64,000 bases of DNA from a virus (Duplodnaviria; Caudoviricetes). The stretch spans positions 35,583-99,582 of IMG/VR virus record IMGVR_UViG_3300027760_000553, one strand, 5' to 3'. Of the stretch, positions 55,219 through 64,000 are shown piece by piece; the stretch's first letter is position 1; the number at the start of each line of letters is the position of its first letter. The notes beneath the pieces were generated by a model. It was not told where the DNA came from and did not search any database. It was given only the letters and a program-made list of their open reading frames with translations. A program made the position numbers and the translations under genes.

Positions 55219-56628
55219 CTAAATGAATAGATCGGCTGTTTTGAGGAAACTACCGCCCCATAGGGATTTTTCAACCGTTTCAGGTTGATTCTGTACTATC
55301 TCGCCGAGATCGCCAGACTTTCGGAAAGCAGTGTCTTGCTCTACAAGTTCCACACGCTTACCAAATTCATTAAATACATTTGTTGCTGATGCAATATCTT
55401 TTGCAACTGCTTCAAATGACTGTTTTGCTGTTTCAATATCTACCTTTGAAGACTTAAGCATTTCTACTTCTGCCTGCAAAGATTGAACTGTTAATACTAG
55501 ATCGCTAAAGGCTTTTTCAAGACCGTCATTTGTTTCATTGACTGATCCTTCAATTACTTCATCTGACTTAGGAGCCATAGGCTTTTTCTTAGCCTCTGCT
55601 TCTTCATCTGCTGGAGTTTCAGCAGCAGCCATAGCAGCAGATTCTTCTTCATCAGTCTTTGGCTTTGCAGCCTTTTCTGTTGAATCTTCATCTTTTGCAT
55701 CAGCCTTTGAATCACATTCACATGCGTCCATAGCCTTTCCGCAATCTGGACATGTTGAAGCCTTTGTAACTTCTTCCATATTTGCGTCTGCCTTGAGAGC
55801 GACCTCTGTTGTTTCAACTACAATATCAGATTTCTCAACGATCTCTTCAACTGTATTTTTTGTTGATTTTGCCATAAGGTTTTCCTCCTTGTTAATCTTA
55901 GAAGTATTAATGCCTTTAGCACTATCTACTAAGAATTTCATCATGTTTATTTTTTCGCTATCTGTTTTTTCAACGAAACCTATGTTCTTCATTTCTGTTC
56001 CAGTGACTGGACTCATAACGGTTTCTTCTTCTGACAACAAAACAATGCCAGACTCTTTATCATAAAAAACATTTTCTAAAACTGTTTCATCACCTTTAAC
56101 AACATCTATTCCATCAACTTTTTCAACTGACATTATGTTTGCAAACTGATTTGCTGGGGAATCTACAAGACTCAACTCTACCAAATCATATTGCTTAATA
56201 ACTCTAATAGTTTTATCTGATTTTTCATCATATGCATCATCCCATTTATTCATTTTTCCACCAATTGAAAAACCAGTTAGAGTTCCATCTAGAACTTTTT
56301 CCCAAGTGTCTTGTGCACCCTTTGAAACATATGCGGATACAAAAACTCCACTGTAAAACTTTTTTGATTCTGGATCAAAATACTTATCTTCTTTAAATGA
56401 AACCATTTTGCCTACTGCTAGTGGCTGGTGCATTTCTCTAATGTTCCCTCGGAATTTTGCAAATGCATCCATTGATGCTTCGGCTGTTACGATGTCATCT
56501 TGCTTATCAAGGTTATCCAAAGATGCAAATCCTGAGACAATTCTTCTTTCCTTGTCTACTTTTGCAAATGGTAGGGATAGGCGAACACTGTCGCCCTTAG
56601 TATCCCAATGGGCTTTAGATATATTCAT
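55219..56628 (-). CDS. Prohead protease fused to an acidic scaffold region
   Basis: RIVSGFAS...D.Q.D, REMH, GFSIGG, ELSLVD.PAN; long acidic coiled C-terminal half. Confidence 0.88.
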   Translation of the reverse strand: MNISKAHWDTKGDSVRLSLPFAKVDKERRIVSGFASLDNLDKQDDIVTAEASMDAFAKFRGNIREMHQPLAVGKMVSFKEDKYFDPESKKFYSGVFVSAYVSKGAQDTWEKVLDGTLTGFSIGGKMNKWDDAYDEKSDKTIRVIKQYDLVELSLVDSPANQFANIMSVEKVDGIDVVKGDETVLENVFYDKESGIVLLSEEETVMSPVTGTEMKNIGFVEKTDSEKINMMKFLVDSAKGINTSKINKEENLMAKSTKNTVEEIVEKSDIVVETTEVALKADANMEEVTKASTCPDCGKAMDACECDSKADAKDEDSTEKAAKPKTDEEESAAMAAAETPADEEAEAKKKPMAPKSDEVIEGSVNETNDGLEKAFSDLVLTVQSLQAEVEMLKSSKVDIETAKQSFEAVAKDIASATNVFNEFGKRVELVEQDTAFRKSGDLGEIVQNQPETVEKSLWGGSFLKTADLFI

Positions 56629-56678
56629 GGTTATTATATTATATACCCTTTTTTATTAAAGTATCACTATTTGGACAT

Positions 56679-58274
56679 TTAAATAATGTCATCAAATTTT
56701 CTGCCTTCGCCCTTTGGATTACGACCACTTACTGTGGCTGGGCTATCGGACTGGTTGTTAGTTCTTTCTGTGTCCCTTGCTCTGTTTGAATTATCGGTTG
56801 AGACTTGTTCTGGCTTAAGTTGAAGTGGTTCGTTGCCACCCTCAATCTGTGGAAGACCAAGAAGTTCTCTGCCTTCGTTTGGAAGCATTACCTGAGTCTT
56901 GACAAGTCGTTCAATAATCTGTGATTGTGCAATCTCATCTGTTAGAGTAAGTTCATTAAACTTAAACTCTAAAATATCTGTTTTTTCTTTAATAATTTTA
57001 TTGATCATTTTTTCAAGGTTTCTTTGTGCTGGTCTTGCAACCTGCTCTTTAAATGTGCGATCTTGTGATAATGCTGCTGCTATTGCAGCAGAGTCAGATC
57101 CACCAATTTTAGAAAGAGGAACTTGATGAGCAACAAGAATATCATCCCTATTCTGTTTTCTATATTCTTTAAATGATGCTTCCTGAATTCCGTTTTCTAC
57201 TGGATCCATTTTAAACTCTACCTTATTAGTATCAGAGTCTCCTGGTAATGGAATATAAAGAGTTCTATGATTCTGCCCCTTTAAACCTGTTTGTAAGAAT
57301 CTAAACATCTTGTCTTCTGCTTCAGCAGATAACTTTGCACCCTTAAGAGTTACAACATATCTTGGAGTTGCTTTGTTCTGGAAGTAGTCAATGTTGTACT
57401 GTGATGCAAGTTGATCTCCGTGCAGTGATCCGATTGCAGACATAATGTCTGGTACCCCGTAAAAAGTGTTTAGTGGTGAATATTCTTTGAAATGAATAAT
57501 TTCATTTGGTCTTAGATCTGTTCCAAGTGGGTTTGCATTAGTTGCTCCAAAGTTACGAAAGTAAACAACTTTATTTGCAATAACTTGAACGAATCCATCA
57601 CGAAGTCTGCGAACACGCATTGTTGTAGAAGGGATATGCCCAACATATCCAATTTCTCCACGAGTAGTTCTACCAACTTCAAGGTAGGCATTACCAGTTG
57701 ACTGAAGATCAGTAAAAACTTTTTCCATAGTTGTTGTAAAAGAATCTTCATCGTTTAAAGACTCAAGCCAGTCAGTTAGTTCAATCTTTGCTCTTTCAAT
57801 TCTTTTTCTTGCATTCTCAGAAGTCTTTGGCTCTGATGCTTCTAATTTAAGCATAGTTCTTTTTGAAACCTTAAACTCGTATCCAAGACCAACAATGTTT
57901 TCTACCTTAGCATCAATTGCTGCGTGGTTAGCAAATGATGTGTCATAGAAACTTGCAAGTTCATATAAATTCCAAGGTGGAGTAATTACATCAAATAAAC
58001 CATAAGCGTTATGAAAAATTACCCCTGGATTAATTTCTTTTGATCTTGCTCCATTAATTCCAGTGCTTTCTGCTCTTGAACTATCAATATAGGATTGTGA
58101 TGCTTCTGTTTTTAAAATACGAGAAGTTCTTCTTTTAAAATTAGCATCAAGTCCTTTGAGGTCTTTGATTGTATCCCAAGATTGGTTAAAAGGATCTTGC
58201 TTTAAAAAAGTATCATCTTCTGGAAGAGGAGTATCTGTTTTTGCTCTAATAAAAAATTCTTTGTCTTCACTCAT
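56679..58274 (-). CDS. Portal protein
   Basis: TGNAYLEV, NEIIHFK, YGVP, YFQNKATP, RDDILVAHQVP, PNEGRELLGLP. Confidence 0.92.
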   Translation of the reverse strand: MSEDKEFFIRAKTDTPLPEDDTFLKQDPFNQSWDTIKDLKGLDANFKRRTSRILKTEASQSYIDSSRAESTGINGARSKEINPGVIFHNAYGLFDVITPPWNLYELASFYDTSFANHAAIDAKVENIVGLGYEFKVSKRTMLKLEASEPKTSENARKRIERAKIELTDWLESLNDEDSFTTTMEKVFTDLQSTGNAYLEVGRTTRGEIGYVGHIPSTTMRVRRLRDGFVQVIANKVVYFRNFGATNANPLGTDLRPNEIIHFKEYSPLNTFYGVPDIMSAIGSLHGDQLASQYNIDYFQNKATPRYVVTLKGAKLSAEAEDKMFRFLQTGLKGQNHRTLYIPLPGDSDTNKVEFKMDPVENGIQEASFKEYRKQNRDDILVAHQVPLSKIGGSDSAAIAAALSQDRTFKEQVARPAQRNLEKMINKIIKEKTDILEFKFNELTLTDEIAQSQIIERLVKTQVMLPNEGRELLGLPQIEGGNEPLQLKPEQVSTDNSNRARDTERTNNQSDSPATVSGRNPKGEGRKFDDII

Positions 58275-58678
58275 TAATCATCACTTCCATACTTTGCAAT
58301 AGTATCTTTTGCTGCTTGAACTGCGCCAAGATCATTCATAGAAGGAATTAATCCTTCTGCCATTCTTTGTTTTTGTTCTGAATATTCTTCTTCTGAAATT
58401 CTGGTTAATCCTGGCACAAAAATACATTCTCCATCGCCTTCATCCCCGTAATATTTTGCTGCATCACGGAGTTTTGCAATCTGTGTTATGTCACCCTTCA
58501 TTGACTCAATATTGAGTACGGAGCCAGTTCCATCAGTAAACCACTTTCCGTTGGCCCTTTTGTAAACATATAGGCCCCAATCATAATGCTTTTCAATAAT
58601 CTTTGCACGAGATTCGCCTACTTGCCCCTTCATCTTGGGCAGTGCTTTACGCTTTTTCTTTGGATTTTCAAGATTCAT
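58274..58678 (-). CDS. Hypothetical protein upstream of the portal
   Basis: Clean ORF; TATACT-N7-ATG favours the second ATG (58678). Confidence 0.65.
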   Translation of the reverse strand: MNLENPKKKRKALPKMKGQVGESRAKIIEKHYDWGLYVYKRANGKWFTDGTGSVLNIESMKGDITQIAKLRDAAKYYGDEGDGECIFVPGLTRISEEEYSEQKQRMAEGLIPSMNDLGAVQAAKDTIAKYGSDD

Positions 58679-58685
58679 AACCATA

Positions 58686-58694
58686 AGTATACCA
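58686..58694 (-). promoter_or_regulatory. Extended -10 promoter TGGTATACT
   Basis: Intergenic; leaderless geometry. Confidence 0.6.
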
Positions 58695-58696
58695 TA

Positions 58697-61600
58697 TTAT
58701 ACTGGGTTTGATGTTTGAGACTGCCACACAATATCTGTATAAAGTTCATATTGATATGAGTTTAACCTAAATGTTCTTGTATCGTCTACAATTATTTTAT
58801 TTGTACCAACATAACTCTTATAGACATCAGAAGGATCTACTCCATAGTAGGACTTTGTTGATAAAACAAGTACTCCATTCCAAACATATGCTGAATTCCA
58901 GTAGTCCCACTCTAACTCTAAAGGACCCAGATACTTGACCTTAAACCAAGGTCTTTCTGTAATATTTTGAACTTCCTGCAAGTTTGTAGACTTATAATGA
59001 GAAACAAGATTAACAAGAAGTGGACCATTAATCTTAATTGATCCAGCGTAGTTATCAAAGTTAACAATACTGGAAAATGATACCCCCAGCATTCCCCATT
59101 CTCTTATAGTTATGTTTGGCTCTTTTACAAGATTGCCATTCCAATAAAACCCAATACCGTTTTCAATTTGTCCAGTTCTTGCATTAACAGCATATATTTT
59201 TGCTCTTTTACCATCTGGATGATTTGCCACCATATAAAACTTTATAAGATCATTTTTGCCCTCAACCTCAAAAATTTGTGTTGGAGCATATGGGAAAAAG
59301 TCTTGATCATATCTAATTGCTGCCTGCATAGCCATAACTTTATAATTAGAAGACTTATTTGGATTTATTTGAATTGATAGTCCACGATTTATTAATGGGT
59401 CATACGAACCTTTTACCTGTATTCCAGAATTTTTTGTAAGGTATAAATATGGAGAACTACCCTTATAAATTGTGTATGGATTTGGCTTTTTATAATCATA
59501 GTAAATACCAGTTTTTGTATATGGATAAATCTGAACACCAAACCTGCTTCCAATTGGATTTGGAGCCACATCATTATAAGCCTGTGATGCTAGTTGCAAA
59601 CTTTTAACTCTAACTGGATTATTAAGAATTCCACGCACTTTAAAATTTAAATGAACAACTACCGCAAGATCATTAAAATTAGTTCCTCTTGGTGGATATA
59701 ATAACATTCCATCAACTACTTCATATTTAGTGTTTATAAAATTATCATATATTGGATTGTTGTTATCATCATAACCTAAAAGATATGTTCCTGGCTCAAC
59801 AATTCCATTTTGCAATGGTGACTCTATATTTGTAAAATAAGAGTCTTTAGCATTTGCACCTGTTGAGACATACTGAAAACTGACATAAGATTTTACTAAT
59901 GAGTTTGAGGTATCATACTTATATGTTTTTGAAGATCTATTTTTTAAATCTGAATAATCTATATAACCAGTGAAAAGATGATTGTCAAGAGATTCGTAAG
60001 TTCTCTGAATTGGATTCTGATATTCAGAATTAAGTTCATCATATGTCCAAGAACCAACCTGAGACTCTTCTACAAACTTTGATGGTGCTGGATAATTTAT
60101 ATTAAACTGCATAAAATCTAGATCATAGTAAGATTCATTTTTTGCATCTGTAACATATTTTGCAAAATATGACAATGGTATGTGATCTTCCCAATAACCA
60201 TCTATATCTATATCTAATGCAAAAGTATCAAAGTAGTTATTTGGGCTTAAAGTATAACTTGCTATATGATTTATTAATTTTTGAGTTGGATATGAGTTAA
60301 TATTTCCACCATCTAAAATATAATCCCAGAAATATGAACTTGCACCAACATACTGACCAGCATCATAGTCAATGTATTGATTATAAGTATTAAACACATT
60401 TTCAAAATTAGTTGGTGTTCCAAAATCATTGAAGCACTCAGAAATAAAAGAATAATTTCTTTCGGTTGCAAAACCGATCTTATATATGTTTCCTAAAAAC
60501 ATTTTAGAAAGTGTTGTATCTCCACCTACATATAATTTAAGACCTGATCTATTTCCGAAGAAACTAGCAACATCTTGTCCATAATGTGAACAAAATGTAT
60601 TAATATCCATACCCGAAATAAACTCTTCACCAATATTTACTGAAACAGTTTCATATATAAACTTTTCTCCAGAAGATTTAACAATCTTGTATTCTAACTC
60701 CAAAGTAGTTTGTAGTTCAATAACAAAAGAGTTTCCAGTAATCTGGTCATCAACCTTAAACAATAATTGTGGGGATGACGGTGTAGCCAAAACTTTAAAC
60801 ACTCCATAAAAAGATCTAATTGGAGTATTTGTAACATCTAAACTATCAAATAAAATATATCCGCTTGTAGAGTTCCAGTCAGCATTTGGCCTTAATTTAA
60901 ATAACATGCTTGATTCATTTTGTATATTTTTGCATGCTGCATACCACTGTTCAGTTGTTTTATTATTAAAAAATATCGTTGGCAAATTGTATTCTGGAAG
61001 AGATAGCACATTATTTGATGTAACTAGATTATCTATAGATGCTTGAGACCAACGACCAATATCTGGATAAGAGTAATTATTTGAATAATTTGAAAATGGA
61101 TAGTCAATAAAAAGAGAAGTTCCACTATACGATGCATTAATATTTTCTGGTACCTCAACGCCCTGACCGTAAACAAACCTTCGTTTTGCAACAATTGATG
61201 GAACCTGATAAGGATAAATTGCAACACAGTCTACTTCAATTGGAGATACATCTTCGTATGCATAAAATCCAATCCAGTCTTGATTTTTACCTTCAGAATT
61301 ATATTTATCTGGTAAAGCAAGTTCTGAAGTTATCATGTTTAATGAAATTACCTGCTCTCCATTAATAAGAAGGTTTGCCGAGTTATTTGTTAATCTAACA
61401 TGAACAATCATTGGCCTTACCCATTCACCAATATAGTGAGATCCATAATAATTATCAATCTTTAAAATTATGAAAGGGCCATCTACATAAATTCCATCCA
61501 AAGATGAGATTGGTCCACAGATTCTTTTCTTAACACTTGTATCTGAATTAATTCTGAGCCACATCTCTAGCGTTTGTTCTTTAAATTTACCACCCTCATT

Positions 61601-62431
61601 TAAAAAACCATTTCCAGGAATTATTAAAGATGGAAGATCTCCATTTTCTTTTAATATTGTTGTACTTGTAGATCCATAAACTAAAGGAATCCCAGAATTT
61701 TTTGCAACAAGTGCATTGTCAGAGACCATATAGTATCCAGGGGAATCTGACAAACCATAAGACCTTGCCTCAATTGCATATGATGAATCAATTGCTATAT
61801 CCGAAGGAACTAAAACTTTTTGAGCACCTAAAGATGTTGAATTAAACTCTTCTGACCATTGACCAAGAGTTATTCCATTAACAAGAAATTCATAATCATT
61901 TTGTGAAATAGAACCACTAATATACTTTATCTTCAACACAATTCTAAAAGTTGTATTTTTATTTGGAATCTCAAAAGTTTCTGAGACAAACATCCATTTT
62001 CCATAAATAGATGTATTATAATTTTTTAAATTTTGAATTATTTCACCACTTAGTGGATCGTAGTACTCATACCCTATTTCGATTCCAGCAATATAAGAAC
62101 TTAATGAATTTATATAACCACCAATAGAAAATGTAGACATGTATGGATTTAGTGTTGTAAAATTACTTAAGTTGTCACTTATGCAAACTATTTCACCAAA
62201 ATCTTGAGTGCTTAACTCTCCAGTAAGTTTAGTAATTGAACTATCTGTAAAAGGCTCATCGTATACGGAGTCAAACTCTTGCGAAGACCCACCAGTTACT
62301 GACCAATTGAAAACAGATCTTTCTTCTTCATTAATCAAAGAAATATAGTCTGCTTTATCATCCAATGCCCACAAAACCGTTGGGTGTTCGGCAAACACTT
62401 TTTCTGCATATAGATTTGATGGAATAGACAT
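58697..62431 (-). CDS. Large LamG/concanavalin-A-like domain virion protein
   Basis: P..LWALDD, TLEMWLRIN, H......ANLLINGEQV, DCVAIY; beta-rich, 1244 aa. Confidence 0.7.
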   Translation of the reverse strand: MSIPSNLYAEKVFAEHPTVLWALDDKADYISLINEEERSVFNWSVTGGSSQEFDSVYDEPFTDSSITKLTGELSTQDFGEIVCISDNLSNFTTLNPYMSTFSIGGYINSLSSYIAGIEIGYEYYDPLSGEIIQNLKNYNTSIYGKWMFVSETFEIPNKNTTFRIVLKIKYISGSISQNDYEFLVNGITLGQWSEEFNSTSLGAQKVLVPSDIAIDSSYAIEARSYGLSDSPGYYMVSDNALVAKNSGIPLVYGSTSTTILKENGDLPSLIIPGNGFLNEGGKFKEQTLEMWLRINSDTSVKKRICGPISSLDGIYVDGPFIILKIDNYYGSHYIGEWVRPMIVHVRLTNNSANLLINGEQVISLNMITSELALPDKYNSEGKNQDWIGFYAYEDVSPIEVDCVAIYPYQVPSIVAKRRFVYGQGVEVPENINASYSGTSLFIDYPFSNYSNNYSYPDIGRWSQASIDNLVTSNNVLSLPEYNLPTIFFNNKTTEQWYAACKNIQNESSMLFKLRPNADWNSTSGYILFDSLDVTNTPIRSFYGVFKVLATPSSPQLLFKVDDQITGNSFVIELQTTLELEYKIVKSSGEKFIYETVSVNIGEEFISGMDINTFCSHYGQDVASFFGNRSGLKLYVGGDTTLSKMFLGNIYKIGFATERNYSFISECFNDFGTPTNFENVFNTYNQYIDYDAGQYVGASSYFWDYILDGGNINSYPTQKLINHIASYTLSPNNYFDTFALDIDIDGYWEDHIPLSYFAKYVTDAKNESYYDLDFMQFNINYPAPSKFVEESQVGSWTYDELNSEYQNPIQRTYESLDNHLFTGYIDYSDLKNRSSKTYKYDTSNSLVKSYVSFQYVSTGANAKDSYFTNIESPLQNGIVEPGTYLLGYDDNNNPIYDNFINTKYEVVDGMLLYPPRGTNFNDLAVVVHLNFKVRGILNNPVRVKSLQLASQAYNDVAPNPIGSRFGVQIYPYTKTGIYYDYKKPNPYTIYKGSSPYLYLTKNSGIQVKGSYDPLINRGLSIQINPNKSSNYKVMAMQAAIRYDQDFFPYAPTQIFEVEGKNDLIKFYMVANHPDGKRAKIYAVNARTGQIENGIGFYWNGNLVKEPNITIREWGMLGVSFSSIVNFDNYAGSIKINGPLLVNLVSHYKSTNLQEVQNITERPWFKVKYLGPLELEWDYWNSAYVWNGVLVLSTKSYYGVDPSDVYKSYVGTNKIIVDDTRTFRLNSYQYELYTDIVWQSQTSNPV

Positions 62432-62440
62432 TATAGGTCT

Positions 62441-62449
62441 ATTTTATCA
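62441..62449 (-). promoter_or_regulatory. Extended -10 promoter TGATAAAAT
   Basis: 9 nt upstream of ATG 62431. Confidence 0.5.
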
Positions 62450-62968
62450 TACTATGCGGGTAAACCATCTTGGAAGTGCATATCTATTTAAGCCAGTAAT
62501 TTTTTTTACACCGTGCATAAAAGAGGGGTTATCTGGAAAAGCAATCATATCTCCAGTCTTGGGTTTAATCTCTATATCATGGTCTGGGAAATAAATTTCT
62601 CCACCACCATAATTATCATTTAAATATATTAGTGTTGCAATATCATTTGGTCTAGATGTATCAAAATGTGCTGGCATATCTGCACCTATATCAAATTTTG
62701 AAATATGTGTCTTTCTTTCTAAAAAATCTTGAAATGGTCCTTCATAGTCTTCAACTATTTGACTGTATGTTTTTTTTGCAACATTTTGCAATAAACTTAT
62801 TACATTTACATCATTTTTTGAAATTTCCTGAAACGTTTGTATTTTAAAATAATCTATATGCTCATATTTAAAAAAAGAACTATCTGTTTTTTTTGAATAA
62901 TCATATATGATTTCTGCAAGTTCTGAACTAATAAAGTTTGGATAAATTTTTATTAAATCTGAACTCAT
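62447..62968 (-). CDS. 2OG-Fe(II) oxygenase (prolyl 4-hydroxylase-like)
   Basis: HFD, ATLIYLNDNYGGGEIYFP, HGV.....RY. Confidence 0.88.
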   Translation of the reverse strand: MSSDLIKIYPNFISSELAEIIYDYSKKTDSSFFKYEHIDYFKIQTFQEISKNDVNVISLLQNVAKKTYSQIVEDYEGPFQDFLERKTHISKFDIGADMPAHFDTSRPNDIATLIYLNDNYGGGEIYFPDHDIEIKPKTGDMIAFPDNPSFMHGVKKITGLNRYALPRWFTRIV

Positions 62969-63999
62969 TGTATCTTTACCTCACAATAATCTGTTGTACA
63001 GTATGCTTCACCTTGAGCCTCTAGATTATCTACTCCGTCGTAAATTGCACTAAAGTCAATATGCTTTAACTTACCTATATAACTATTATACTCCTCTTCT
63101 GTGATCTGAGTATAAGGCTGTTGTGGGTAAACTGTGTTTCCCATTGGAAGAAATGAAACTGCCTTTAGTTGTCCCTCGTACATATTAAGTGCTGGAACAA
63201 TGTGCTTTGACTCTGTTTCCTTATCAAATGATAATGTTACAGAAACTCCATTGTCAGACCAGTACTTTTGGGCTGTTGCAGCAAGTGCAATCTTTTCAAA
63301 TAAGGTTACATCCTTTTCAGATCTTGGATGACCTGATTTGATTGGAAAATAAACTACTGATGTATTTGCTGATACTACATCGTTTTCAATTGTGTACCCT
63401 GCTGCTTTGAATAAGTGCATCATTGGATCTGTGTTTCCAAATCTAACTGCACGAAGGAAGAAGTTTCCTCCAGGTCCCCAGTGAACTCCAGGAGTTGCAC
63501 CAGAAAGAATTGAAACTGATCCTGATGGCTTAACTGTTGTTACACGAATTGATTCACGAACACATAGCCATTCTGAATACTGATGATCATAGTGACGAAT
63601 CTTGTTGTATCCTTCATCCATCCACTCACGAACAATTGGCAAACCCTTTTGATCTGCAAATGATGCAATACCTGTTAATGATGTACCAATACGACGGTTG
63701 CGTTGCATGATACCGTTTGTTTGTGGCCAGTGTGTTGGAACAAGTGTTACAGTCTTTCCATATAAGTATGCAAACTTAAGGGTACGCAGGAAGTCCTCCT
63801 TAGATTCATGACGATTTAAGTGCACTTCTACAAGTGTACATAGTTCGTATGATTCCAATGGCTGCTCCGCACATGGGTTAAATCCCATCACACGATAATC
63901 CTTACCGTCTGGCGCATCCTTTAGTCGTCCATAATTACGAGCAACATCAAGCCAGATAAAACCTGGTTCTCCGTTTTCTGTAATTAAATCTACATAGTC
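62965..63999 (-). CDS. nrdJ: Class II (adenosylcobalamin-dependent) ribonucleotide reductase, 5'-partial
   Basis: NGEPGFIWL, GFNPCAE, RNRRIG, TTVKPSG.VS, DNGVSVT, C-terminal CTTDYC; frame open to the window edge. Confidence 0.92.
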   Translation of the reverse strand, partial: DYVDLITENGEPGFIWLDVARNYGRLKDAPDGKDYRVMGFNPCAEQPLESYELCTLVEVHLNRHESKEDFLRTLKFAYLYGKTVTLVPTHWPQTNGIMQRNRRIGTSLTGIASFADQKGLPIVREWMDEGYNKIRHYDHQYSEWLCVRESIRVTTVKPSGSVSILSGATPGVHWGPGGNFFLRAVRFGNTDPMMHLFKAAGYTIENDVVSANTSVVYFPIKSGHPRSEKDVTLFEKIALAATAQKYWSDNGVSVTLSFDKETESKHIVPALNMYEGQLKAVSFLPMGNTVYPQQPYTQITEEEYNSYIGKLKHIDFSAIYDGVDNLEAQGEAYCTTDYCEVKIQ

Positions 64000-64000
64000 T

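Noticed and set aside
1-64000. Stop-codon reassignment, DGR/retron, integrase or IS elements
   Set aside because: Genes tile densely under the standard code with TAA, TAG and TGA all used as stops; no reverse transcriptase, integrase or transposase motifs are recognised

Overview
This window is a 64-kb segment of a large, AT-rich, lytic siphovirus-like phage (Caudoviricetes). Every credible gene lies on the minus strand. In transcription order (right to left) it holds a partial class II ribonucleotide reductase, then a virion module (LamG protein, portal, protease-scaffold, major capsid, neck, major tail, two tail chaperones, a 3182-aa tape measure, tail tip). Next come a replication/recombination module (DnaB, primase, SSB, DnaE, RecA, Cas4-like, RuvC) and the terminase, which sits about 39 kb from the portal. 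The left end carries a block of exported and membrane proteins with two proteases, one tRNA, and an accessory island (2OG-Fe(II) oxygenases, carbamoyltransferase, GT60-like glycosyltransferase, sulfotransferase, RsmI-like methyltransferase, CHAP amidase). Gene content and leaderless extended -10 promoters suggest an actinobacterial host (inference). Main leads: (1) the tape measure carries a HipA/PI4K-like kinase and a possible His-Me nuclease cassette, bounded by a repeated AG/AxG motif. (2) A tRNA-Asn(GUU) has the alanine identity pair G3.U70, and its T-loop holds the most plausible start codon of the RsmI-like gene. (3) Duplicated tail chaperones seem to replace the usual programmed frameshift. 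(4) A hairpin with a promoter in its loop sequesters the RBS of an HslV-like protease. (5) A surface PA14 protein appears to start at AUU. All family assignments come from motifs recognised by eye; no searches were run.
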